A stretch of 64,000 nt of DNA, taken from the NCBI GenBank assembly GCA_965649765.1, contig OZ287750.1, positions 47,864,001 to 47,928,000 of the forward strand, written 5' to 3'. The notes beneath the pieces were generated by a model. The model did no database searches, had not been told where the DNA came from, and was given only the letters and a program-made list of their open reading frames with translations. A program made the translations under genes and the position numbers. Source of the DNA: Bispira polyomma (Eukaryota). This document shows, piece after piece, positions 11,345 through 24,900 of the stretch (positions within the stretch are counted from its first letter, which is position 1; each line of letters begins with the position of its first letter).

Positions 11345-14300
11345 TTTTTTTTGCCATACAATTGTTTTATTAAATCTCATTTTTGTGACATATGTACACT
11401 ATAAATTACATGATTACACCAAAAATTATGTAACTTACTCATTATTTATAGCAAATGTTCACACAAAACACGAACCAATATAAGAAAAACATACACAGGA
11501 GACGAGAAAACTTAAGTTAAAACTTTGATAAGCACAATGTCATCAGGTTAGTTAAATGCATATTAGCTACCTATTTTCAATAAATAGTTTATACTAATGC
11601 CAAGCAAACACAGAAGCAAATATTTTTAGTACACACTCAGGAATTTTACATAAATGAGGTCTATGGCCTTAAAGATTAACTCATGTCTTCAGGATTCCAA
11701 GCAAACCTCTTTCTTAACATCTTATTATAAAAGAGCAAAATATACAATACAGACAAAACTTAGCGTTCATACTTAAACTTTAGAAGAATATACTTCTAGA
11801 TATACATTTATTACAGCTCACACAGAAATTTCTAAACATAGAATTCTGTTGAAATAAAAAGACAGACCTTTTAGATTACTTTTTATCACCAATAAAAATC
11901 CAAAGACCAGTTATTGCTTTGTTTGGAGTATTTTAATAAAATAGATAACAACAATAGGATTTGGTTTTTCTAAATTATTTATATTTATTATAAATTTTAA
12001 TAAAATAATACCCAAATAATTCTAAAATTAATATAAAAACTGCAGACCTTAATATATATTTGTAATCTAAAAGAAGAAAACATTATCCTGGAATTTTGTC
12101 TGCTAACAATCCTCGGTTTCTGGTGTGAACCTTTATATTGATCCCAAGACGTCTGAACTACAAGAGGACCACATTCTACTACACAGGATACGACAGACAA
12201 ACCTTCTGCTGTCTGAATGAATGGTCGGATTATCAATTAGAGTAAAGACTTCTCTTGTAACTTAACTGTTATAAACATGGATTGAGGACCAAGAAACTAA
12301 ATCTACATACTGGACACAATTCACTTCAGAAGATGAATCATTTCACTTTTCAAACAATCTATATTTATAATCAAACAATTCTGACAAAATAAATATAGAT
12401 ATTTAATTTTATTGTAAATGTGCAAATACAGAATACACTGTAAAGAAGTATAACATACATTAAACTTGTACGCATCTATATAATGGTTTTAAAATATACA
12501 ACACGAGTACGAGAAATATCTGTGTAATTCTTATTCCAAACACATTCTGTATCTTGAATATCTGATCATGAAAGATATAGATTTATGTGTGCCAAACTGA
12601 AGAAACTATAAGGAGAATATACTTTTAAAACAATACCAGTTCCAGAAGTATATGATGCATATTTTTTTACAACTATGAATGGTCTTCTTTCCAAAAGAAA
12701 TATTTTACTTAGTTCAGGTTAATCTTGTTTCATATAGTTATAGCTAAAATTTATGTACTGAGATTAATCAATTTAGATAGAATATACACATTTAGTGGTG
12801 CAAATGATGAGGTAGAAGTAGGTATGGCTATTCAAATATTTGTTATCTTGTTTAAAAGCTTGCGTTGTGGCCATTCTGACACACCGAGTACATTTACAAA
12901 AATACAAAAGAAAGAAGTCCTATAAATCATCTAATGAACGTGTATACAATAATAAATATGATATCTGGACAAATATTCAAATCAGAATGGCTACATAATA
13001 TTACACCTTATGAGTTAGCACCATTTGTCTTAACAAATATGAATAGAACTGAACTTCTGCTTCAATTTCAAGCACTCCCAACAAACTTGATAAAATGTGA
13101 ACTTAAAACCTCTGTGTAAATATCTTCCAATCAAAAGTAACATACACAAACAATTCTAATATATAACATTGTCTGACCAATGTTTTACACTGCCATGTAA
13201 AAAAACCCAATCTACAATGATATCAACTAACCTGTGATAAAACTGCATCTTTCTGATTCTTAACATACTATCTAAACTGACATAAATTAGTATAAGTAAA
13301 GGTTAGAAATTAAAAATGCTTTATTAAAAGATAAAGACATGACATTAAAAGGGCTGCGACAAGTGCTAAGAAAATGGGAGAGGATTAGTTTAAACAGCTA
13401 TGTACCAAAATAACTGGCATCAGACTTTAATTGTCTAACTCCAATTCAAATATTTTTCTGTGTGAAAAGCATAACTTACCAAATCTTTCATTACCTTTGG
13501 TTTTTTTTGTTCGTTGTCACAAACTAGACTGAGATCACTTAAGTAGAATATATTGTTTTTTCAGTAGAACCTCTATTATCTGAATATTCGATCCTATGAA
13601 CACACTTTCACTTTCCTACATTTCCACAGTCCTACTGTGTTATACTAAAATGCCTTTTCGATTTTATGAACATTCCATTATCCAAACTAAATCATGCTTT
13701 CCTAACATGTTCAGATATTAAGAGGTTACAGTGTATTTACAACATTAAGACCTTGTAATATGCACTTATCTCAGCCCTAACATAGAGAAAGCTATAATTT
13801 GACTTCAAGTTATACGGGCAATGACAGAGGAAACAACAGCTCCTGACTAGAATGAACTCTTCATCTATTCACACTTAATAACCTCTCCAGTAGAACATAG
13901 GATCACCCCCCCACAAAACTAATTACACACTTGTTACAGTAAGAACTCATACCCACTACTACAATGTTAACCCTTGTGTAGCATTCCATCTTTAGGTTTA
14001 GAATACATACTTTTGGTCACTTTTGTCCATTAGAAAAATTAGAAAACACAAGTATCAGTGGTCTTAAAACAATGACAACAAGGAGAAAGTGGTACTAAAT
14101 CAGCTGACTTAGGGAAAAATACTAAGCAAGCCATTAACTCGATACACCTGTATACACATTTTGGTAACTGCGACACTTTTCCTGTAAATGAGCAGTATCT
14201 GTTTCGAAGATATTTACTGGTGGACGTCTTATTACTGAATGGGTTGAAAATACGCTGAAAATCACCTATCTCACTCCATTATTATATACCAAACATTTTT

Positions 14301-15833
14301 GTAACAGGTCATAGATCTAAATAAATAAAACGATCAAATATGGACTTAAAATTGCAATACATCGATCCAATTTCAAGATATTGGGTATTTTTCATCATTC
14401 GGTCAAAAGATCACTGCAAAAGTAATTTTAAAAGCCCTAGTTTTGGATGATAAGTTGACGTAGACACTGCGGACCTGTGGTATAATGTCCACAACTTAGT
14501 CAGCTGACATGAAAAGAAAGCCCTGATGCGAGATCATCTCTGTATTTATAAAGACTTCTTATTTTCAAACTCCCCAGGTCGAGTTATATTTAGAACCATT
14601 AATCGAGACCACTTCTTTATAGTGATAAGACCACTGCTCTTTTAGTTGGTGATATTTATATGCATATTTGGCACAGTTTTACAAAACACTGGAAACAGCA
14701 TTATATAAAAGTTCAGTTAAACCTGTCTATCTACTTCAACAACTACACATGTTTACCAAATACTAACACTACTCTCGAGTTCCTGAGCTTCACAAATTCT
14801 TACATTTCAGGGCCTTATTTCTGAAAGGATTCATCTATTAAAATTCAGAGAACTCTCAAACTATAATCTCTTTATGTTTTGAAGTATACAAGAAATAAAT
14901 AATAAGTATGACCACATCTTTGATTTGTCTCAATGAAAGAAATCTATGCACCGAGTGGTTTTAACACTTTGAACAATTAACAGAAGTTGAAGACCCTCTT
15001 AGACTTTTGGCTTCAATGACTATCTCCACCTTTTCTCTCTCGGAACCACCCTAACGAATGAGACAAAGTCACACAATAAGCTACACAACAGAAAGATGTC
15101 CAATATAACCACTATCTCAGCACACAAGTTCACTATTTTTATGCTGCCCACTGTTTATATAGTACAGATGATGCCGGTATATAAAAATATAAATACATTC
15201 TGACAATGTTAGACAATCAGCAGTCTGTGTGCACCTACTTTTTCCCCCAACCCCCCCTTGGGACTCTCTTGTCCTCAGAGCAACCACTACGTTGTCAAGG
15301 AGACTGAGATACACCACAACACCGATGACTACTACACACCTACATCATTAGCCAAACTGGTGTCCCCCCCCCCCCCCCCCTCCCCCCAGTCTGTGTGTGT
15401 AACCATTGATAATCACTATGCCCTACACCACGAAAAAAACAGAAAAAGCTTTTTAACAGAGAAAATGCACTACGTCTTCATGTGACACAAAGCTTCTAAT
15501 TTGCTGCAAGCAGAACAAAAACATTTTTTCCCTGTTCACTTGGATACATAGTAGTATAAGGCACCTGGCAGGGAGTGAGCATACGCCGTATGTGTCTGAC
15601 TATATATATATACGTATACAGTAAAACCTCCGCTAGTGAACACCTCCGAATAGTGAACACCTGTATATATAATGAACATTTTTGTTCACTCCTACTTGCC
15701 ACCAGTTTATTGTATAGTACCTCTGAATAGTGACCACCTCGTGAACATTTGGGTTAATTGGGTAGAGTGAGTAGTTCACTGCACAGAGGTTTTACTGTCT
15801 ATATGCTAGTGTGACATGTAGATAAAATCAGTG
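11345..15833 (-). other. Putative long 3' UTR of the neogenin/DCC gene
   Basis: No further exons found; minus-strand AATAAA near 11366-11371 followed by a U/GU-rich tract, and another near 13320. The 3' end is an inference. Confidence 0.35.
15619..15797. mobile_element. Tc1/pogo-type MITE just 3' of the stop codon
   Basis: CAGTAAAACCTC...GAGGTTTTACTG TIRs; internal acctc.gaatagtga repeats. Confidence 0.75.
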
Positions 15834-15932
15834 CTAGCAGTCAAACTCCTGCTGAGTGATAGCGTTTAGATCCTTCATCAGTCCTTCCAGATTGGCCATT
15901 TCTGCTGTCAGTTCTTCAGTACTGAAGGACTT
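15834..15932 (-). CDS. NEO1: Terminal coding exon, P3 motif (KSFSTEELTAEMANLEGLMKDLNAITQQEFDC*); not in ORF track
   Basis: ctttttcag acceptor; EMAxLEGLMKDLNAIT P3 motif; TAG at 15834-15836. Confidence 0.96.
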   Translation of the reverse strand, partial: KSFSTEELTAEMANLEGLMKDLNAITQQEFDC

Positions 15933-18900
15933 CTGAAAAAGAGTCAAATAGAGAGAATTAGATTAATGTCTCAGAACATAGATTGCTTGAAGATAATAAA
16001 GTTAAAACTCGGATTCTACTTAAAATATGTGGTATTCATTATTGAAGATCAACCATTTCAAGCTATATGTGAATTCAGTGTTCGAAGCTATATTAAAAAC
16101 AAATGGTCAAAAGGATAGTTTAATTGCAACATACCAGTGATATCCACATGGATGTTACTTGTAGTAACTGTACGATTCGATGAACATCTTAGCGTTCATT
16201 GGTCTATTGACCCATAGACGTCGATCAGTAAAGATCATCAGAAAATTGATCATTACTCACCAAAAACACTAATATATATTTTGACGTTTTCATGTGATTT
16301 AAAATAGTTTTTAGGTTAAATAAAGCACTTTTTGTCAATTTATATTTGTTTTTATTTATCGCCATTTTTACCAGAAGTCATATAGGTTAGCGGTTGATAC
16401 TAAATGTCAAACGTTTGAATTTGACCAAATTCTTATCGGATCACAATATATTCAGCCCGGGATGGAAGGATAAGTAACTTAATACTTTATTATAATAAAA
16501 TTATGTTAATAATCGATTCCAGATCGATCATCAGTCGATAATAAAGCAATAAATCGATCTGCAAAATACAGACCAATTCCACTCACTAGTTACTTGAGCT
16601 AAGTTTTAAGCCTAATAATTTTCAGTTTATTTTTACATGATCATTCATAATATCAACACACTAGTATATTAACAGGGTTGATGACATTGTAGGCCACTAT
16701 ATTTGGTACTGATATTGAAAGGTTGACTCTAGAAATGATTAATCTGACATTATTTTTATATATAAATATGTTGACAATTTATTGACAAAAATTGCCATAT
16801 TTGTACATCACAGTAACGTCATAATTTGTGTTGATGACGTCCACTTTCCCCCCCCTCAAATCAATGCCGGTGGCATGAGCAAAAGCTAGTTGTATTTCTT
16901 AAGTAACCAAAGTTTGTACAAGGACACCAGTAGACGTAATCCTGCACTATGACATGCAGTGTTTGAAATCTCCATTCAAGCTTTTTAATGCATGGTGGGA
17001 ACTTAAGAAACTAATTCCCTGTTGGGATCGCAAGGATGACCGAATCAAATTTCCCATACAACAGAAGAAAATTAATTTATTAAGGTTTCAGTGTTTCTCT
17101 TTGTTTATTTATTTTTTTATCATATATCTAAGTCCTTGGTAAAGTAATGTTAAAAGTATTATTTATTATGTCCCATCAATTTATGCCAGTACAAAGAGTT
17201 TAAATCTGTTAAAATATGCTCATAATATTAATAGAATGATATTCCAGTTTTCAGGTTATCACTTTTGTTGGAAGTCTGTATGTTATAGAGTCTATATTTA
17301 GATCACTGATTAGCACAGGTTAATGTATGCACATAAATTAGACATCATTAAAAGCAGCAACATGTAGTACAGAACATTGAAAGCAACATAAAGTTAGCTG
17401 TTATCCCGAGTTTTAATCTTAAGTAAAAGTTGTTAACCTACTCTATTACCAATACATATTTATGCTGTATTAAAACTTTAGGGGAAGCCAGATTAAGCCA
17501 TAGTAACTGTGATAAACTGAAATACCATTATATTAATAGTACTGGGTAAAGTATTAAAATAGTATGATTATTTGAGATATTAACAAATTGTACTTGTTTA
17601 TTTTGATTAAAATTGTTATGGGGACTTTTCTAAGGACGTATCAAAATAACTGAAGGAGACTACAAAAAAAGTGAATGTTTTGAGAAGTGATTAAGTAGGA
17701 AGACAAAAAATAAGACATCCATACATAATGAAGGCTTTTTACAGTGCGAGTGAAACCACTAATTTACTCCTAAGAAATACTCACCGAAGGTAATCCTTTG
17801 ACAGCCAATATTTAAAAGAGAAAATTTAGGATATTTTAATTTATCAGGCCAATATTTTCCACATCTTAACAGTGAACTCGCATCAACCAATAATGCAGTG
17901 ATATGGTACACGTGTTTTGATCTATGGTGTGTGGCAGTTAACTATGCAATAATGCCATGCAACAGTTCAAATCTTACCTGTATGTCCCATATTTACTGGT
18001 ACTAATAAAACGCCTTATTCTAATTCTGATGTCACATCAGGAGTCACTACATCCCTGCTACAGGAAATCCACTTATGCTACACTTATAGCAATACAAAAC
18101 CATTGGTGTATTCAGGGATCAGACTAAATGTTTTAAATATCAACAACAAAGCTTAGCACTTATCAATATTGTGTTAAACCTTTCCAAGTGATTTTAGTAG
18201 AACCTCTATTATCCAGAATTTCATTATCCAAACGTACAGTAAAACTTTTACACTCACTCTCAAAAGATGACCATCGCGAATAGCTGGGACTGTTCCGACA
18301 TATCCAGACATATTTAGCATTAAAATAGAGCTTGTACCACGATCACAAGTTCCAACGAGCGATTGTCATTATGTAATCTGTGACCTTTATATGACCTACA
18401 AACTGGTGACCAGGAGAGTAATTTAGTGAGTGGTGATACAACATATCAACAAAGCAAAGTGACTCCTAACAACTCCAAGCATGTCTATTGGCAGTTTATT
18501 AGACAGAATAATTGGACAGTGAACACTACATATAATGGATGTATCATTTCATCAATTTCCATAGATAAAGAATTATTCAGGAGTTTCATTATTTGCAATT
18601 TTTTGCCAATTGCATTAATCACAGGCATTTATCTCATTGTTAAATCCTGCATCCCATTTTATAACTCAAACAATTACAAACACGACTAAGTAATAAAGCT
18701 ATTTTATACAAATATGTTTATTTAAAAATATTACAAGGGAGTATACAATTGCATGGGTAGCGGTTATAAAATCCCCAGAATTTTACCCTCGTTAAATTTT
18801 CATTTTGAGTGATTCCTACAGAGGGTTGTCTTGTACAATTAGAAGAGAAAGTGCCCATCTTGAGTGATTCCTACACAATGACTGTATATACAAGTAAATA

Positions 18901-21900
18901 CTTACCAGAAAACCTAGCACTTCTAATCTAATCAGACTTTCAGGGATTTAATCTCTGTACTAACCGATTCTAAGGGATAACAATCCCAAAATATTTCACC
19001 ACCCATTTGGTGTTTATAGACTGGTAGTTTGATTTGGGGTGAAACGTCACTATCAACACATTTTAAAGGTCACATCATGACGGGGAGTTTTACTGATGGA
19101 GGAAAGTCGAGCATAGTTGGTCAAGATTCTGCACTGTAAAACACCATCTATTGGTAAGTAACTTGTTACTGCTAGGATGTACCGTTAAAATACCTACCGG
19201 TATATCTGAGTCTGTGTCACTTCTCAATGAGGAATCCAGCTGGTCTTTACGGCTTGCTGAGCTTCCCGATACTGGGGGGTTGGGCTTCTTGTATGGACTA
19301 CTGGCCTGGGGTTTTACTGTAACCAAAATACAGGGGACATGGAGGAATGTCTTAGTGTCTGTACACTGTAGTGTAGATGAATAGAGAGAGTATGGGAATC
19401 ACAATCTCAGCTCAGCCACTTGGTAGGCCAAAAGATGTTGAAAGTGATGTGAAGCCCAAATACATTCAAACTTCTTAAAATAGGCTCATAAAGGAAAAAA
19501 CACAATTTTCTAAGGCATTTTACAGATACAGTGGAACCCTGTTAAGTCGAATCTAAAGGAACCATGGAAATTTGTTCTACTTAGCAGAACTTCTAGTTAA
19601 CAGGTAATAACACTTATCAGAGTACTACTTAAAGGGGTTTGATTGTATATAACAATAGATGTAGTAGTGTCTAACTCAACAATCCATTAAAACAGCTCTA
19701 AGATGCGTTTCTGTATGAACCAAGCAATACCTTGTGACATCACACTAAAACACTACAAATGGGAGCCGTTAATACTGTATATCTACAAATTCTCTGCCAG
19801 GAATTAATTTGAGCTTATTTTCACTCCTTGGACAGTGAAATTTAAATTTGCATTAATCTTGAAGTAAAAGGTTAATACAGGTCATTTACCTGGAAAATAT
19901 CAAAAAGTGATAGTTAATTCTAGTGAACATTTTTTATTCATATACAGATTTTTATTTAAACACAAAACATATGTCTGTTGTGCCCTATTAATGCATAAAA
20001 AAATCTGTCCTAACCTATGAAAGCAATGTGCGCTTAACTCGTTTAATAATTTATCATTTCTTTTCATTGACAATTTATTTTTTTCTTTTAGACACAAGAA
20101 CAATCACTATCGGTAGAACTCAGGGTTCCTGTTGTCTGCTATTTTAAGCATAAGGATAAATGATTTTTAAGAAGATACGATTGTATCAAGAAAATGGTTA
20201 CACAAAACACTTACAACATTCAACAACACATTTATTGTTTTTAAACTTTATAAATCCCATCATACATTCATTTACAGGCATACATGTTAAATTTTCATAG
20301 CATTAAATAAGCTTGACAATTTAAACACATTGATTATCATAGACAGTTACCACATATATTAGAAAGAGTAGACGACGTATACCTTTCAAAAACAAAACTA
20401 TTCACAAATATTTTTTTTCGGGGCGGCATGCTTCAAAAGCTTTCTGCTCTGAATTATTTACACAATCGTAATGAAAATTTCTTTTCCCAAAAATGACATC
20501 TTTATATTGACAAACATTAAGAAAATTGTCATCCATTTCTTTGTTAATATTTGTGAATAGTTCAATGATATAGAATACATTTTATGATAATCGCAGTAAG
20601 ATACATTGATTTCAGTATTAATAATATATAATGCAGCAAAACAAATATTGTACAAGCAGATGAATAAAGTTGGAATAAATTTCCTATTAATTTAAAATTT
20701 TATATGAAATTTATTTAAATTCATTTCCGACTGTCTTTAAATAGAATGGAGTTGAATGAATATTTATATCTTAAAACATGTTCTATTAAAGAGAATGTAT
20801 CACACTGCAGCAGTTTATCACAGTTTTACCGATTAAGCAGCATTCAGTATACTGCTAACTTACAAGGCATACACAATATGAATACATGTATACAATAAAA
20901 ATTTACAGTTGAAACCCCTTTAAACTGAACCTCCCAATGGAGCAGCAGAAATATCTCAATGCAACCAGGATTATCACTTAACATTTTAAAAGAAAAAGCC
21001 CCTTGTTGGGCTACAGATTTTACTCCAATCAACAGGGAATTTGACTTTGACAAGAGTTCCAGTTAAAGGGTTGCAACTGTATATAGAGACATAAATATAC
21101 ATATAAATATGATATAATGTTTAAAATTAACAATATAAAGAAACATATGAACATCTATATATAGATACAAGTATTGTGTGCAAAGGAATGAGAAATATGA
21201 ACTTCTAGACTTGTTAAGGTACAAAAACCAATGCTTCAATATATACAGTTTTTGAACCATACATGTCGAGTTTAATATTATTCGCATACAGCCATACGCA
21301 TATGTTTGTCAGCAGATACATTATGTGTAGTTGTTTTACAAAAAAAAGGACAAGGTAGAAGGTAGAGGTTTCATGAATGTTATCTTGTGTTAGCAGGGTA
21401 GTATAATTATCATAAGTTAGTGATAAAACAAAAAGTTACAAGGCCCTTATATCAAGCAAAAGTGAAAGATTGACCTTTTTGCCAACAAAATGACTGCTCA
21501 TGCTATCACCATTATAGATTAGTAGTGACAATAAAGTTATGAAGTAGTAGTTTATTGTTACAGAGATGTAGTTTTTAGTAGTTTAGCAATGTTATTAAGT
21601 ACAAGTTTCACTCCAACACATGGAATTAGATGTTAGTAATATATTTCTTCTTTTTTGTATTATTACAAGAATATCACAAGAGACATATACGGAAATGACA
21701 AAACTGTCCATGATTTCCTATAGGTTGGTTTCACATCCCAAACATCTACGACCAATAATAAGCACGATATAGGCACTTTTAAGTTTGGCCATCTGCATTT
21801 GACCTTGAACGAGGGGCCCAAGGTCAAATCTAAGAACATCAAACGATTCCCAGCCCATGGTTTTCTATAGGTTGGTTTCACACTCCAAACATCTGGGACC

Positions 21901-24900
21901 AATGATAATTTCAGGAGCCAAGGTGTAAAATTTTTTCTAGAAAAGCAGTAACGGTAAAATATCTACACACACAGACGCAGCGGTGGCATAACAAAGCATA
22001 AACCAATGTATCTACCGGAGTTTCCTGCTGGTTACAATTATTATATTGATAAGGCACCAGTGTTATCTCTTAGAGAAACGTGGGTTAATAATAATAAGCA
22101 TGTACAATAACTTCACACTTATTGACTTTGTTTATGTTGGTATACATTGAAACATTTATATGAAGATATTCTACAATGGGATATACTATTACTGTTGGTA
22201 TGGATCTGATAATAATTAAACTGTTGATGTTACACTGCTATGTTTCTGAATAAAAATATTGGGCAGAGTGTCCATCCAGAGACTAAGTTGAAAGTCACAG
22301 CAAATGTTTAAATTTTACATTTTTGTCCCGATATTAGACATTTATCTAGTCTATAGTGTTTTTAAGAGCTTGGTGAAGTTTTAGAAAGCTAGTATATTCC
22401 TAAATGGGAACAAATAGATGAGTGTTGGTTGCATTCCTTCATCGTGTGTAAATCCAGAGTCTAAGGTCAAAGTGGCAGGAAATGTTAATATTTTTCTATT
22501 TTTGTCCCGTTATAAGAAATTTGTCTAGTCTTTGGTGTGTTTGAATGCTTGGTAAAGTTTTGGAAAGCTAGTATACATGTATTCCTAAATGGGGATAAAT
22601 AGGAGAGTGTTGGCTGCATTTCACTATCCTGTGTTTATCCAGAGACTCAGTTGCAGGAAAAGTTCCTCAATATTAGGACTTAAAAGGGAAAATGACAGGC
22701 GAGTCTGTCTTCCATCATTGTGTTACGGACAACCGGAGCTAAGGTCAGGCCAGGACCCGTATTCATAAAGGGACTTAGCTAAGTCTTAGGCTTAACTCTA
22801 GCACAAACGTATACTGATATAAGCCCAAGACTTGGCTAAGTCCCTTCTTTAATACAGGCCCAGGGTGCATAAAAACTAACAAATTATTGAGAAATCATTC
22901 AATCATTGTGTAAAAAGGTTAATTTCTTTCCGTTTTTAGAACAAGCATAGAAGCTTTAACAGATAAATATTTAAAGAGTGATAGTTGGTGTAAAATTAAG
23001 CTTAACCTATGTGCAGATATTACGGTTATGGTTACAACTTTCATCCTAATCATTGCTGATGTCAGTGTCAAACTAGAAAACGGTTTTTGATAACAAAAAA
23101 AGCGCAGAAATTGAAGATGGTTGCCCAAATCAAAAATTACTTCAAAAATTTACATAAAAGAAAAATCAGCCCTATGAGTCGAAAAGGAGCTTGAAATCGC
23201 TCTATCTAGCACCGTTTCTGAGATAAAGGACATTTTCGAAAAAGACGCAGAAATTCAAGATGGCCGCCAAAATGTAACATTTTTTTAAAAGTTTAAATAT
23301 AAGCAAAATCAACCCTGTGGATTGAAAATGAGCTCGAAATCGGTCTATCTATCACCGTTTCCGAGATAAATGACATTTTCAAAAAAAGACGCAGAAATTC
23401 AAGATGGCCGACAAAATTAAAATTTTTAAAAAAGTTTACATATAAGTAAAATCAACCCCGTGGATCAAAAATAAGCTCGAAATGGCTCTATCTAGCAGCG
23501 TTTCCGAGATAAAGGACATTTTTGTAAAAGTCCCAGAAATTCAAGATGGCTGCCAAAATTGAAAATTTTTTAAAAGTTTACATATAAGCAAAAACAACCC
23601 TGTGGGTCGAAAATGAGCTCGAAATGGCTCTATCTAGCACCGTTTCCGAGATAACTGACATTTTCGAAAAAGACGCAGAAATTGAAAATGGCCGCCAAAA
23701 CTGAAAATTTTTTAAAAGTTTACATATAAGCAAAAACAACCCTGTGGGTCAAAAATGAACTTGAAATTGCTCTATCTAGCACCATTTCCGAGATAACTGA
23801 CATTTTCGATAAAGACGCAGAAATTCAAGATGGCCGCCAAAATTGAAATTTTTTTAAAAGTTTACACATAAGCAAAATCAACCCTGTGGGTCAAAAATGA
23901 GCTCGAAATGGCTCTATCTAGCACCGTTTTCGAGATAACGGACGTTTTCGAAAAAGACGCCGAAAATCAAGATGGCCGCCAAAATTGAAAATTTTTTAAA
24001 AGTTTACATATAAGCAAAATCAACCCTGTAGTTCGAAAATGAGCTTGAAATGGCTCTATCTAGCACCGTTTCCGAGATAACTGACGTTTTCGAAAAAGAC
24101 GCAGAAATTCAAGATGGCCGCCAAAATTGAAAATTTTTTAAAAGTTTACATATAAGCAAAATCAACCCTGTGGTTCGAAAATGTACTGGTCTAAAATTAA
24201 AAATAAAAAAAATCCTCACACGCTCAAAAAAGCACCCATCAACACATTTTTTTCCCCATTTTGTATGATTGATCGACCCTGTCAATCAGTCAATTATCAC
24301 CAGATTGATCTAAAAATTTACGGACATCTATGCTTGGTATTTGCAATGTGCATGCAAAATTTCATTGAACTATGACAAGTACTTCAAAAGAAAAGTTGAT
24401 AAAAGTGCAAGATAGAGCAAAATACAGCAAAATACTCATTTGAAGTACTCAGTACTCATTGAGTACTGGACTTAGAACTGTGAGATTTTTACATCATACA
24501 TAAAATCAAAAAGTAGATGAATAACTAACACCAAGAAAAAGCCGAAATCCCAATAGTTTCCGAGATAGCAAAAAAGTACCGATTTTTCGCATTTCAATAA
24601 AAATCAATCGGTTGGGAATCGGTCAATTATCATCCGATTAATCTCATCAGCGTCTCCCGTTCTGAAAATTGCCTTACCAAGGTACATACCAAATTTCATT
24701 AAGCTATGATGAATACTTTTTGAGAAAACCTAGTGACAAGCACTTTTACACCCCCAGGGTCACCTGTGATTTAAGTAGGCCAAAGTTCAAACCCAAGAAT
24801 ATGAAAAAAATTTCCCACTCCTAGTTAAGAGAACTGCCAAAAATAATTTTGATGCAGATAATATTGAAGGAGATATTCAAGGAAGACCATGCGGCGGCGG

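Noticed and set aside
18901-18915. 8-nt microexon with a perfect gtaagt donor (also an 11-nt candidate near 17785)
   Set aside because: Frame-breaking in a phase-0 intron, with poor polypyrimidine tracts.
23095-24180. CRISPR-like regular repeats (also 5750-6615, 7560-8412, 44322-45170)
   Set aside because: Whole monomers repeat with no unique spacers, there are no cas genes, and the context is eukaryotic: these are satellite-type arrays.
24181-24375. Duplicated small ORF (also 49983-50225)
   Set aside because: Lies in the arm of a repeated non-autonomous element; the two copies differ by a frameshift; no domain signature.
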